A stretch of DNA of 64,000 nucleotides from Octopus sinensis. Taxonomy: Eukaryota. Under the pieces are notes generated by a model. That model had not been told where the DNA came from. It searched no databases and saw nothing but the letters and a program-made list of their open reading frames with translations. Below, one piece after another: positions 30,162 to 43,404 of this stretch. Within the stretch, counting starts at the first letter, position 1, and every line of letters begins with the position of its first letter. Both the position numbers and the translations under genes were made by a program. The DNA is taken from contig NW_021837027.1 of the NCBI RefSeq assembly GCF_006345805.1, positions 1-64,000 of the forward strand. Reading direction: 5' to 3'.

Positions 30162-30504
30162 GGATATATATGTATATATATGCACGCGCGCGTATGTGTA
30201 GGTACTATCAATTCGACGCTCAAGTTAGACCTGATAAGGACCTGGCCGCAAGCCCTTTCTCCAGACCCATATATATACAGATGCATACATACATGTATGA
30301 ATGGATAGATGTGATTAGAATATGTAGGGGCATGGTGCGTGTGTATGTACATATATATATATGCGTGTGTGTGTGTACACACACACATAAGGTTTATGAT
30401 AAATGTTGTAAATTCATGAAGCAACATCGACTGAATAAAGAAGCCAATCAATGGATAGAGTTTAATATTTTTTATAATGTTATTAACTGTGACCAACACT
30501 TTCC

Positions 30505-30614
30505 ATACAATAACCATAAGAGCATCACAACAAATCACAGCACATACCCAAGGCACACAGAGCTGCGCTCGGTAGTGAAGTGAAAGCACGCTAGAAAAAT
30601 AAAACTACTGAATG

Positions 30615-30659
<45 letters not shown>

Positions 30660-31010
30660 TAATAATAATAATAGTTTTATATTTTTAGCGCAAGGCAACA
30701 ATTTTGACGGGTGTCAATTAGATGATTACATCGGCCTCAGTGCTTATTGTCTCCACTCCGAAACGATAATAGGGAGATCACCGATCGAACTATTCAGGGC
30801 AATAGACCAGATATTGTAATGAAAAATCACATGGACAAAATACGTTTGCTCATGGACGTGTGAAAGAACAACAACTGTAGCTGTGAGCTTTGAGGAGAAT
30901 ATCAAACGGTGCCCTGAAAAGGATGAAACACTGGGAAACCCTAACGTAGCAGAACGACAAAAAACTTCTTCTCCTGGATACTACATACATCCTAAAAATT
31001 CGCTGTCAAC
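30505..31010 (+). mobile_element. Further Dong-like remnants (3' UTR copy + decayed REL domain)
   Basis: 30495-30610 is near-identical to 27153-27270; 30775-31010 gives a decayed TDRTIQGNRPDIV. Confidence 0.7.
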
Positions 31011-31249
31011 CTGAGGAGATTTGCATTTTGCCTTTTATTTTTAATGTTTCAAAATCGCAAAAATTACCAGAAAGTTTTTACGAAGTCTTCTTTGTCAGCG
31101 TTTGGTCTTCTTCTCCTGAAATGTTTCATTGTTACTCGTAAACAACTTAACGAGCAAAACGGTCCGACTTGCTGTTTCTTGACGTCTCTGGCTGACACTT
31201 GGAACAGCTCGTGTAAAACAACAACAAAAACAGCAATAATAATAATAAT

Positions 31250-31294
<45 letters not shown>

Positions 31295-31551
31295 TAGAAA
31301 TATTAAAATTACTAAGTCTCTCTAAAGGAGATTACGGCAGCGTTACTGGATATTAATAGTTATCGCCAAACTAATATGGTAGTCTATAAATATAAGACTA
31401 AAGCTGTCGCGGATTATCTCCAAGAGGCCATCGCCTCTAGCTAGCTATATGACACACGAACCTGCGTCCATTATAACCTTCGAACAGGGGAGGTCAGCCG
31501 CTTCACTTTGCTGGTCAGACATCTGCAGACATATGTACATATATATATATA

Positions 31552-31790
31552 TATTTTACTATAAATAAATGAAAGAATGGAGTCGAACGACGATTTAACA
31601 AAATTCCTTTAATCTCGACATATGTTTCGAAGACTGCATATTCCTAATTCCGAAGGAATAAAGGGTGCATTATGCCGCCTTCTCATCAGGCAAGACAAGG
31701 AACTTATCAAGTTCCTTGTCTTTCCTGATGAGAAGGAATTTTGTTAAATCGTCGTTCGACTCCATTCTTTCATTTATTTATAGTAAAATA
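31552..31790. repeat. Nested inverted repeats enclosing a hammerhead
   Basis: Outer arms 31552-31608 / 31733-31790 are perfect; inner hairpin 31678-31736 has ~28-bp arms and a 3-nt loop. Confidence 0.85.
31613..31693 (-). ncRNA. Hammerhead ribozyme (type I, PLE-type)
   Basis: Minus strand ttgc-CTGATGA-gaaggcggcata...tatgcagtcttc-GAAA-catatg-TC-gaga. 12-bp stem II, palindromic CATATG; stem I weak. Confidence 0.78.
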
Positions 31791-31954
31791 AACACACAAA
31801 TTTCCACACGAAAGCACGTGATCTCTGCCCTTGGCATGTAGCTTCAACCGTGTTTTCTGACGTGAATTTGCTACCCGGGTATCGGTTAACCGAATTATCC
31901 ATACTAAGATAATTCATTCAACTACTTAAATATATATACATATATGTATGTATA

Positions 31955-31996
<42 letters not shown>

Positions 31997-31999
<3 letters not shown>

Positions 32000-33030
32000 T
32001 GTATTTTTTCTTGCTCAAGTGTATGTTCGAGCCTGGTTTCTGTCATCAGGAGTAATTAAAGCACTTTATCAGGATTTCCTAGTCATGCGTCAACTGATAG
32101 ATTATCAGGATTATTGATCCAGAAATCAGTGAGGCTGCTAGCTCCCGAAACTGTGGCTCTATCCATAATTGATGACAATGTTCCAACAGAGGTGAAGGCA
32201 AATATTGCTCAAGTTATGGTGGATGCAGACACAGGTGAAGAAGAGAAAGAAGAAGAAGAAAAAGTTTAATTGAAGAGGTACATTCTGCACTCAAAAGACT
32301 TTTCTTCCTTTACAAACATCGAGTTTTCCTCTTTTGTAACTCCTGGAACAAAAAGTTTCTTCGCAAGATTTTCTATCAGCACCGATTTCCTCGACAAAGA
32401 CCCTTCAACATGGAAGGAGGATCCTGGTTACAAAAGTTGTTGTGAATGATGTTGCAGAAAGAAATGTCAAACTCATTCAGGATTACAATAACATTCTCAC
32501 GAAAGATGAAACTGAGAAGTTTTACAGATCGTTACCGAAAACCGCAAAACATATCCAACTGCCACTAAATCCTCTCTTATGCAAAAATTCAGTGTTCAAT
32601 ATTCAGTGTTCAGTGTTCACTTTATGTTTTTGATTCTACAGAAATTATTTTTGTAAATAAAAATACGTTTCTCTTATAGAAGTTGTGTGCTTTATTAAGG
32701 AAACGTAACATTTAGGTTTTTCATCTTATTTCAGGAATCTTTCAAATTAGCTATTGGTAAATTTGATTAAGAACGTTTTTAAATATTTGCTGGGGTTGCC
32801 TGGATGTGTCCACATAAATTTCTCTAAGAAGAAAAGGGTTGAGAACGGGAACAGTTTACCGCTTTTGAAGAGAATTAATTGTTGTGTATAATATGTTCCA
32901 ACTTAGCAGTTGTCCGACTGAGCTGAGATTTTGCAAACCCCGTTTTGTTGTTTATTGGAACAGGATTAGGGGGCGGGAGCAGCAAAATTCTAACTTTCGG
33001 AAAATTACCTATTGCTAAGGGTCACTGTAA
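31997..33030 (+). mobile_element. Decayed DNA transposon (transposase C-terminus and right end), superfamily uncertain
   Basis: Fragments DFLDKDPSTWKEDPGYK and VVNDVAERNVKLIQDYNNILTKDETEK, a motif I associate with invertebrate DNA transposases; frameshifted. Confidence 0.6.
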
Positions 33031-33576
33031 TGTATATATATATACATGTATACACAGCATATAGATAGATAGATATGTGTAAACAAAATTGACTGGACTG
33101 AACAAATAATACTACAACTGTTTCACCTCCCATTTACCAGCAAATACTTCCCGAAATATTATCCTATTTCAAATACAGTATTATAATTTTTTTTCTACTC
33201 TAGGCACAAGGTCCAAAATTTTGGGGGAGGGGGCCAGTCGATTATATCGACCCCGGTGCGTAACTGGTACTTAAACGTGCTAACGTTTCTGCCAGCTCGC
33301 CGCCTTATACAGTATGTATAATTGCGTGTGTAGATGTCAGTAGGTGAAATATTAAGTAAGAATCAGTGGATGTTTAGGTGAGAGTAGGAGCGCTAAAAAT
33401 GTGGAAGGTGAAAGGATTAATTTCTGTCGCGATTAATTACAGAAACGAGTGGTTCGATACTAACCTAAGTTCTGAAATTTCTGTGGATTATCGACGTTTT
33501 CTATTTATGCACTGTGATTAAATATCTAAGTATATGTCTATAAATATACTGTACAGGAATTCCGTGTGTGTGTGTA

Positions 33577-34140
33577 CAGTAATACCTCACTTTACGATGA
33601 TCCGCTTTACGGGACTCCGGGTTTACGAGTTTTATTTTATAATAACCTTTACAAGCATAAAATCCAAATTTTGAACGAAGTGCAAAAGTTTCTATCATAA
33701 CAGATGCTTCTGCGTGTTACCAAGATATTTCTTGAGGGCCAAAAAATGTTTTTTTTTTTCCTAAGCAAACAACCCTAGAGTTGTTTTTGAAAAAGACATC
33801 TACAAGTCCGTCTACGAGTGCTTGTGAATTGGCGATCACATCCACAAATGATGGTGTGTGTGAGTCTAATGCGAGTGAAGGTGATAATAATAATCATATT
33901 TTTTTTTATAAATGATCTTGACAGTATTTTTACTTTACATAAAATTTTTATTTACATTCTCCTGTTGTTTTAATGCCATTTATTTACGAGTATTATGAAT
34001 TTAATAGGTAAAATATTTTTCTGGGAACAAATCTTGATTTATAACATTGCTACTCTGGGAAATTATTGGTCTACTTTATGAGTTTTTGCTTTACGAGCGG
34101 CTTCCGGGAACAAATAAACACGTATATCGAGGTATTACTC
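33577..34140. mobile_element. Non-autonomous Tc1/pogo(Tigger)-like element
   Basis: TIRs ta|cagtaatacctc ... gaggtattact; repeated tttacgag subterminal motifs at both ends. Confidence 0.7.
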
Positions 34141-34269
34141 TCTATATATATATATTTATTTAACACACACGCGCGCGCGCACACACACACACACACACAT
34201 ACACACACGCACGCGCACACACACACACACACACACACACATACATCTCTTTTATCTTTTACTGGCTTC

Positions 34270-34640
34270 AGCCTGAGGTTGAGGCCATGCTGGGGCACCG
34301 CCTTCATGTGTGATTGGGTTTCTTTTCTGTATTGTTTCTGGTGGAGCAGTGAGTTGAACGGAGCTGCTCTTCTTTGTTCCTCATGCTGCGATGTGGCTCC
34401 ATCGAGTATCTCAGATAAAAATGTCTCCAGACGTTCTTTGAGGACCTCCACATCTACACTTCGCAAATCTTTGAAGCTTTTTTGGCAGAATGTTGAATAG
34501 TTGTGGACCCTTGAAATCTAAGCTGTTACAGTACTGAGTCCTTATTCTAGATGATAAAGACGGAATTTTTTGGTCCAGTTCGGTGGTTGGTATGCCTTTC
34601 AGTTCCAAAGTTGGGAGCTAAACCTTTTAGGACCTTCCAC
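34270..34640 (-). mobile_element. CR1/L2-type LINE 3' fragment
   Basis: CNSLDFKGPQLFNILPKKL / VDVEVLKERLETFLSEILD, homologous to the C-terminus of the 4932-8200 element. Confidence 0.7.
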
Positions 34641-35609
34641 ACATACGCGCGCGCGCACACATCACTGCATATATTTCGCGCCTTCTTTCAAGGGAGTAGA
34701 GCTTCGGTTCCTTTAGCCTCTCCCAGTAGCTCATCTGTTGCAACAAGTCACTCTTCTGTGTGTAGTGACGCGAGATTGCCTCGAGTTACGCGACCAGTTT
34801 AACGTTCTGCGGTGACCACAGTTGGGAACAGTAATCCAGACGACTGAGACCCTAATATCTTTTGTAAAGAGGGCTCAAGTTTTTGCTACACGTTTCCATA
34901 GCGTAACCATGTATTCAGTAATGTATAAGATTACATAATATTCCATAACTTTACAAGATTACGTAATCATGCCATTTCGTCAGGCAACATTGTACATTTT
35001 ACTAGCAAAATCATTGTAATTGTGAATCAGATTGATTTCGCTAGAAAAAGTGAAAGCAAAAATTTGAACGCTCCATATTTGTTCCTTTACTTTGTTATAC
35101 ACGAGTAATGCGTGCAGTGTTTTGTTACTTCGTTAATGAATGTACAGAATGCTTAATATCATTAGCGAGGTTTAATATTGCACTGCTTCCTATTTTGATT
35201 GGTTGATTTATTGGGATCATCTAGGTATTCTTGCTGATTACTGTTGGCCAAATATACATTCGGGAGCCACCAGAATGACCAGTACTATTTAGATGTTCAC
35301 TACTTTGTATAGTTTATCTTTTATTTTTTTCCAATCATTAGACTGTGGCCATGCTGGGGCACCACCTTCGAAAATCTTAGTCGAATGAATGAAACCCAGT
35401 ATATATTTGTTTAAAATCTAGCACTTTTCTCTCAGTCTCTTTTGCCGAACTGCTAAGTTATAGGCACCTAAATACACCAACACCGGTTGTCAAGCGGCGG
35501 CGGGGGACAAACACTAACACACACCTTTACACACACACACACACATACATATATATATGTGTAAGGGGCAAGGGGGAAGAGGGATTGATGAATTAGGGAA
35601 GAAACTAGA

Positions 35610-35697
<88 letters not shown>

Positions 35698-35756
35698 CAT
35701 ACATACATACATACATGCATACATACATACATACATACATACACACACACACGCAC

Positions 35757-36365
35757 GCACTAAGAGGGATCTGAATCGTCCGAAAAGTGTCGATCGTCAG
35801 TTTCAGCAATTTCCGTTGCCTCATCAGTTAAGCCTGCTCGATCTCCGCTCTTTTCGTACTAGCTTCTCTATTAGTATATATGTTTCTGTCATCCAAATTA
35901 GTTGGTGATTTAGCGATTCGCTCATGTGTACACATAAAATTAAAATAAACAGCAGGCTGCAATATTTCAACAAAAAAGGAGAATTATTGTTGTCACTAAA
36001 TATAACTACGGTGTAATTCTCCTTTTTGGAGGAACATTGCAGCCTGCTGTTTATATTAATTTTAGTATTCACATTAGCGAATCACTAAGTCATCCATTTA
36101 TTTGCATGACGAATACATACTAATAGAGAAGCAAGCTGAAGAGAGCCAAGATCGAGCGGGCTACACTGATGAGGCAACGGAAATTGTTGAAACCAACATC
36201 AGTATTAAGAATTCTCGGTCGGCATTTTTCAGACGGTTCGGGTCCCTCTTAGTGTATATGTTTCCATTCATGTGCCTTCACTACAGCATTAGAGTATTTT
36301 AGCTCTTATTTCTAGCAGTGTAGGTGTTTCTTGACACCCTAGTCACATTTAGTGACAATTATATG
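35757..36365. mobile_element. Inverted pair of diverged PLE pseudo-LTR copies, each with a damaged hammerhead
   Basis: 35757-35930 (-) mirrors ~36065-36255 (+); both contain CTGATGA-ggcaa-cggaaa-ttgyt-GAAA. The tail (36285-36365) recurs at ~24995-25085 (-) and ~29780-29865 (+). Confidence 0.7.
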
Positions 36366-36544
36366 TATATTTATATTATATGTACATACGACAGGCTACT
36401 TTTAGTTTCGTCTACCGAATCCACTCACAAGACTTTGGTGGGCTTAATGGTATAGTAGAAGACACCGAACGTGCTATGTGGACGATAGACGGATATATAT
36501 ATATATATATATGTTAAATTATTATTAGGGTTTTTTTTTTTTGC

Positions 36545-36950
36545 TAGGGGTACTAGGTCTGTGGGTAGACCGATCTTACGTTACAGGGATGTTTGCAAAA
36601 GGGATATGAAGGCCTGCAACATCAATATTAGCGGTTGGGAGGCAGTCGCCGGCAACTGTGGAGAATGGCGACGTACAGTAAAAGAGGGAACACAATGGAG
36701 TGACAGAGGGAGAGAGGAGAAATGGAAAGAAAGGAAGAGACGTAAACAAGAGACTATGGCACTACAACCAGCCAGGAACAGTCTTCGCTACATTTGCGGT
36801 ACCTGCCAGAGGGAGTGTTTGTCCAGGATAGGACTACACAGCCACAGCAGGAAATGTATCAGGACATGAAATATAAAAGCCGGACTAGACTACAAAAAAA
36901 AAAAAATGCGCAACTCCATTGTCTCCCGAGACAGAAAGGATGCCAATACA
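36545..36950 (+). mobile_element. RTE LINE 3' fragment with C-terminal zinc finger
   Basis: GRPILRYRDVCKRDMK...WRRTVKEG...YICGTCQRECLSRIGLHSHSRKC. Confidence 0.8.
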
Positions 36951-38479
36951 CACACACACATATATATATATATATAGAGAGAGAGAGAGGGGGGGGAGAG
37001 ATACATGCATATATACACTCATACATGCTTATGTCAAGAGTACATATTTATTAAATTCTACAAGGAAAACGTTGGCAGTGACTTCGAAGTTTCGGCTTGA
37101 TTGCCATCACCAGACTGTGACGGTATGCCGGGACTTCGAAGTCGCAATCAAACTTCACCTTATAAAATTTAATAAATGTGTGAGTGTGTACGAGCGCGTA
37201 TGTGCAAACATATCTCTATGTATTATCTGTTGAAATGCACACACATACATACATACATACATACACACATACATACATACATACATACATACATACATGC
37301 ACCCATACATACATACATACATACATACATTCACACACACGCATACATACATGCGTACGTACATACGTACATACATACACTAAGGCAGGATATTGTAGAC
37401 AAGCATTCTACGGTTATTTTGAATTACATGTGAAGTGTGAAAAAATATTCTTGACGAAGAGGAAAAGAGAGAAATGGAGAAGAAAGAGACAAAATGAAAG
37501 CGAGAGAAAAGAAAGAAAGAAACAATCAAGCAAAAACCGAGGGAGACGCAGAGAAAGAGAAAGAAAGGTGGAAAATATCGGGAGAGGGGGAAAATAAGCT
37601 ATGGAGAGAAAAATGAGGCGACAAGGACACAGAAAACAATAACAACAACAACGACAAAACCAACCGAAAGAGCAGACAACCATCAGTTGAAGAGAGAAAA
37701 CAATAAAAGTTTGATGATGTATTAGAGTGGACATTTTAAAGATGGTTTTATTGGTGAACAATGGAGCCGAATATTTTTGATGTGGGAAGTTGAATCCTGC
37801 TTCCGTTGACAGCACGGAAGTAAATCTTATGTCTTAAAGGCTGGATACGTCTGTAACCGTAAACGGGTGCACTTAATACTTTAAAAAAATATTCAAAATA
37901 TTATTTCTCTCTGTCATCCTAGTTTTCCTCTCTGTCTGGCAATTTCTATGTAGGTCAATGTTCGGTTTTATCTCAAGATTTCCTGCCAATAGAGAAAGAA
38001 CCGGTTTCTAACCTAGATCCAAGGCTCCTTCATTGGAATTTCAATATCAACAACAGGATATTTTTATTTGTATGTATGTATGTATGTATGTATGTATGTA
38101 TGTATGTATGTATGTATGTATGTATGTATGTATATCTCTTCTATTTTTTAATTATTATGAATCTTCCACTGAGGAGGGAACCGGTTTCCAGCAAAGATAC
38201 AAGATTCCATCTTTAGAATGTAGTTAACACAGACAAATTCACATTTGGAACTTGAGAAAAGTCTTGCATTTGTTTTGAACGAATCAGCCGATCGATTTCT
38301 CTTTCTGAAAATCCCAGTTTATCCAGATTCTCGTTTAAGCATTTACTAACAAAACCTAATGCTCCAATTGTTATTAGTATGAATGAATGTGTGTGTGTGT
38401 GTGTGGTGTGTGTGTGTGTGTGTATAACCCGTGAAAGATTGGATGCATTCAGTAACGTCAGTGATCCTCCAGCAGCTGG

Positions 38480-38514
<35 letters not shown>

Positions 38515-39393
38515 GAAAGGAGGGGGGGAATCCTACTCTTTATTTCAACTTCTCTTTTGAAGAAGAACAACTCTAATGTAATACCTTCGGCTTCGTGTGC
38601 ATCCAATTATTTCTTCTTTTTGGCAAATGCTTTCGTTGTTTAGAGAATGGGTTGGTCCTGTGCAAGGCCTCTCCTCACTTGACAAAAGCTTCAAACACAG
38701 GCATCACTTAATTTTTAACATCGTTTATTATGTGTTGTATGTTTTGGCTGGTAAAACGGCTCAGCGAAAACTTCCCTGAGAGGCTGAAGGCATCACGTGT
38801 CTGCCCGGGAAGTCGGCGCTCTCAACACCGACTGCCAAGAAATATGTGTACGCATGTATTTATGTATGTATGCATGTGTGTAAGTGTACTTGTATGTATG
38901 TAATATATGTATGTATGTGCGTATGTATGTATGTGTGCGTGTGTATGTATGTATGTATGTATGTATGTTATGTATGTATGTCTCTTACTCTCTTTAATTG
39001 AGAAGAAATCTGGACCGGCCACCCCACTTCGGTAGTTGTGATCGAAAGCATTTTGTGTTGTTCCTCATCCTTTAAATCCCAACGTCTGTCAGATCTTTCT
39101 AGTTCCAGAGATCGCGATCATTTGTATTATATGAATTAAGGATTTGCGTTCTCTCCCCCAAAATGTTTTGCTCCAGATGGGCTGGTATCCAGTCGCTACA
39201 GTAATAATACGTATGAAGCTGAAAGTGTATCTTGGGTACAGGGTTTCCAAACTCCTCATCAATAAGTCATAGATGACCCCTTTCTCCTCTCTTTATCTAC
39301 CCACCCCAGGGGCAGCCGATCTCCATAACAGAGCATATCTTAGAAAATTACTATTTGTAAATCTCACAACACGAGATATTCAACAACTGTACT

Positions 39394-39642
39394 TTGGAGT
39401 AAAGACTGTTTGCCAACATAACATGGCAGTCCTGGTTTAGGACGAATATTGCTGTAATTTAGCCACAGGAGACATCGTCTCCAGCTGGCTATAAGACACA
39501 ATCTGTGGCCTTGTTCGAAAATATAAGGACACAGATCGTGTCGTATAGCCAGCTGGAGACGATGTCTCCTGGGGCTAAATTACAGCAACGTTCGTTCTAA
39601 ACCAGGACCGCCATGTTATGTTGGCAAACAGTCTTTACTCCA
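39394..39642. repeat. Palindrome (~118-bp arms, ~12-nt loop) of the 24254-24731 repeat family
   Basis: tggagtaaagactgtttgccaacataacatggc...ggcctt is mirrored by aaggac...gccatgttatgttggcaaacagtctttactcca. Confidence 0.85.
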
Positions 39643-40064
39643 GAGCATATCTTTTCTTTGTCGTCCCACAACAATGTCCGACCAATTGTGTTTTAACTTT
39701 GTGGCTGTTTTTAATTTTGAAGTTCCGCCAATATTTCTTTCCCATCCATTGGTCTCCATTAATAGCCAACCCGTGTGTGTTTTTATTTTGTTTATTTAGT
39801 TATGCATGTACTTTTTACATGTTTTACAGTCATTAAACTGCGGCCATGCTGCAGCACCGCCTTGAAGAATGTCTGTGTCGAATGTAGCGATCGCAGTACA
39901 TAATTGTTTTAAAGCCTTATACTTATTCCATCGCTCGCTTTTGCCGAACCGCTAATTCATGGGGATGTAACACACCAACAACGGTTGTCAAGTGGTGGTG
40001 ATGAAGCACACACACACACACACACACACGTATACACACACATGCGCGTACACACACATAACTA

Positions 40065-40430
40065 ATATAATGTTCGTCCTTCGGTTCGAAGATGACCAAC
40101 TGACATCATCTGATGGAACTGCCGCCATGAGACCGGAGGTGGCTGGTGAGGCCAATCCGGCAAGGAAGCCCCTCCCACAGGTGGGGCAGAAGTGGGTAGG
40201 GGCAGTGCTACTGGTGCAGGCGGCTCGACTTTACGCATACCTGACGTTTCTGCTCCGCTGACCGAATCCGTCCCTCCTCGGCTGTCCCTGCTCCCACGGT
40301 GATTGCGCTGCGCCAGGATGAGCGGTTGGCAGCAGTGTCTCCCAGGTCTCTGTTCCGATGGAGAAGTCTTTGAGAGAGACCTTGAGACTATCCTTGTAGC
40401 GCTTTTTCTGCCCTCCGACTTTGCCCGCAT
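40065..40430 (-). mobile_element. RTE LINE 3' fragment
   Basis: GGQKKRYKDSLKVSLKDFSIGTETWETL and a CPTCGRGF zinc-finger remnant. Confidence 0.75.
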
Positions 40431-40455
40431 AACTACACACAGTCACACACACAAA

Positions 40456-40492
<37 letters not shown>

Positions 40493-41881
40493 ACAACTAC
40501 ACGCACACATTTGAAATATAGATGAAGTTACGTTTGTAGTTGTTTTGTTTTGTTTTTTTATCGGCGGTTTCCAAAGACGTTTTTGTTATATTTCTTGTTG
40601 TTGTTGCTGTTCTGGTTGTTACTTTTGGTTTCAAACTTTGACACAAGGCCAGCAATTTCAGAGGAGTGTGAGGAGGCGGGGATAAATCAGTTACAACGAA
40701 CCCCATTGATCAACTGGTGCTTATTCTATCGACACCCCACCCCCACCCCACATGATGAAAGGCAAAGTCAATCCCAGCAGCATTTGAACTCAGAACACGA
40801 AGACGGAAGAAATGCCGTTCAGCATTTTGTCCGGCACGGTAACGCTTCTGCCAGCTCGCCGTCCCCACCCCCCGTTATTGTTGTTGTTTTTGTTGCTGCT
40901 ATCAGCGCCACCGCCGCCGCCTTTGTTGTTGTTATTGTTGTTGTGCTACCCGTTCTTGAGTACAGTTCAACTCACGACAACGTAGAACCCCCCCCCTGCT
41001 TTTCGGTTTTACCATCTTTGTTTAGTGCCGTCAAGTAAAAGTCCCTCTCCGTCACCGTCGCCTCCGTCGCTCTCCTGCTCGCCTATAAATACCCCGGGTG
41101 CTTGTGTGAAGCAATTTATTGTTGTTCCCTGTCAGGGTGGCGGGTGTAGCAAAACGAGTGGCAATCGGGTGCGGTGTGATATTTACGTCTGTATTCGCAT
41201 TTCACAGGAGCCGACAGCGCCTTTCATCTTTCCGAGGTGGGGGAGGGTGGCGGAACAGCTCAATTAAATAAGGACCAGCAATGCACTGAACACCATTCTA
41301 ACCACTATACATACTCCCACCAATAATAAAGGACCTTGTAGCTTAGTGAAGTAACTTATCATTATTGGTTTGCGGGTGGCGGCGGCGGTAGTAAAAGGTC
41401 GTTTGTTCAGTTGCTACGAACGACGGAGGTGAAGTAGAGTTTTGGGTTGATTTTAAGAGAAAGCCTATTTGCTATCGAGACCATTTTAAGGAATTAACTA
41501 GAAAATAACTTTACGTATATTTAAACTATGATATAAATAAATAAATAAATATATATATATATATAGAATATAATATAAAATATAAATTACAAAGTGGGAC
41601 AAGAACGTAAAAACACACAAGGAGACGACACAAAAAACAGACGGGTCACTCGAAGCCTCCAATCTTCAGTCGGGAACCGGATTATCTTAGTAATTTCGGC
41701 TGTTTAATCTCGATATCACTCCGACCCGGGCAGCCCCAAGGAAAATCCAAGCCACAGGCATTGGATTTCTTGGAAAGAGGCTCGAATGTATACGGAACAA
41801 AGACAGGATGCCACACGAATGTAAATACAAGAAACAAAAACAGAAATAAAAAAGAGAAATAAAAAACACGAAGGTGGACAG

Positions 41882-41948
<67 letters not shown>

Positions 41949-41952
<4 letters not shown>

Positions 41953-42088
41953 GTTGTATACTGTCAACTTAACGTGACAGTCCCGTATGGGAACTACACT
42001 ACCGCTGTTTAGCCCTAGGAGCATAGAACGGTTCCTGTCGGCTTTCCCATACGGGACTGTCACGTTGAGTTGACAGTATACAACCACT
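41949..42088. repeat. Inverted repeat (~44-bp arms), diverged relative of the 24254/39394 family
   Basis: agtggttgtatactgtcaacttaacgtgacagtcccgtatggga is mirrored at 42045-42088; adjacent to (TA)n. Confidence 0.8.
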
Positions 42089-42144
42089 CTATCGCTCCAC
42101 CACCGCTCATGCCTCTTGAGACATTTAGAAATTTAATATTTCTG

Positions 42145-42214
<70 letters not shown>

Positions 42215-42218
<4 letters not shown>

Positions 42219-42497
42219 CAGGTCAAGCTGAAACTGTCGCTAGAAGCTAGGATCACCAAGCATAGATTGACATATTTTGGTCATATTATGCTGAGGAAAT
42301 CCCTGGAGAAGGACATCATGCTCGGAGTGGTCAGTGGCAAGAGAGGAAGGGGCCGACCAAGAACCCGCTGGCTTGACAACATCAAGAGTGATACCGGAAT
42401 GGACATAGCCAGTCTGAAAGAAGCGGCCCAGGATAAAACTGGCTGGAGGACACTGATCCATCGAGTAACCGAGAGTCGACTTCGACTGAGCGGATAG
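42215..42497 (+). mobile_element. RTE (BovB-like) LINE 3' fragment
   Basis: LSLEARITKHRLTYFGHIM...SLEKDIMLG...GKRGRGRPRTRWLDNI...WRTLIHRVTESR. Confidence 0.85.
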
Positions 42498-42526
42498 ATA
42501 GATATATATATACATATATATATATA

Positions 42527-42562
<36 letters not shown>

Positions 42563-42618
42563 CAGACAACAATATTTACATGTATGTTAAGACAGTTAGC
42601 TGTTCGAATCGTCACCAA

Positions 42619-42995
42619 GCCGGGCGAAATGCGTAGCCGTATTTCGTCTGCCGTTACGTTCTGAGCTCAAATTCCTCCGAGGTCGACTTTGCCTTTCATC
42701 CTTTCAGGGTCGATAAATTAAGTAACAGTTACACACTGGGGTCGATATAATCGACTTAATCCGTTTGTCTGTCCTTGTTTGTCCTCTCTCTGTTTAGCCC
42801 CTTGTGGGTAGTAAAGAAATAGGTATTTCGGTCGTCTTTATGTTCCGAGTTCAAATTCTGCCGTGGTCGACTTTGCCTTTCATCCTTTCGGGGTCGACAA
42901 ATTATGTACCAGTTGCTTACTAGGGTCGATCTAAATGACTGCCTCCCCCCACTCCTCTCCCAAAATTTCGGACTTTGTGCCTAGAGTAGAAAAGA
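42619..42995 (+). mobile_element. SINE family C, tandem dimer
   Basis: Two consecutive units gagttcaaatt...ggtcgactttgcctttcatcctttc. Relatives at ~29320-29520, ~29570-29730, ~33190-33305(-), ~40625-40860(-) and ~56800-56990(-). Confidence 0.75.
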
Positions 42996-43404
42996 ATGAA
43001 GGATTAACTTTGAAAAAGACAGAATTGATTTGTTCCAGCCTGAAATAACGAAGGCGAATGAATGCAATTTGGCCACGGAGTCTCGATGAGGTCGTTCGAA
43101 ATGATTGATTGATTGATTGATTCTAGTTTCAGCCCATGAGCTGTGGCCATGCTGGGGCACACACACACATGTACGCGTCTATCATATTAATGTCCGTGGG
43201 ACTTAATCCATTAAGACCGAGGTCATCCTGTTCTAATCTGTATTTAATTCGAACCTCCTCTCCCATGGTCTTCAGCTGCTCTTTCATCTCCGAGATCTGT
43301 GTTCTCTCGACCTTTTTACAGAATTCGGAAAATACTGATATCCAGAAATGGCTCCAAAATCTAAAAGCATATTTTTTCTTTGTTTTTTTTTCCTTTTCCG
43401 GCAG

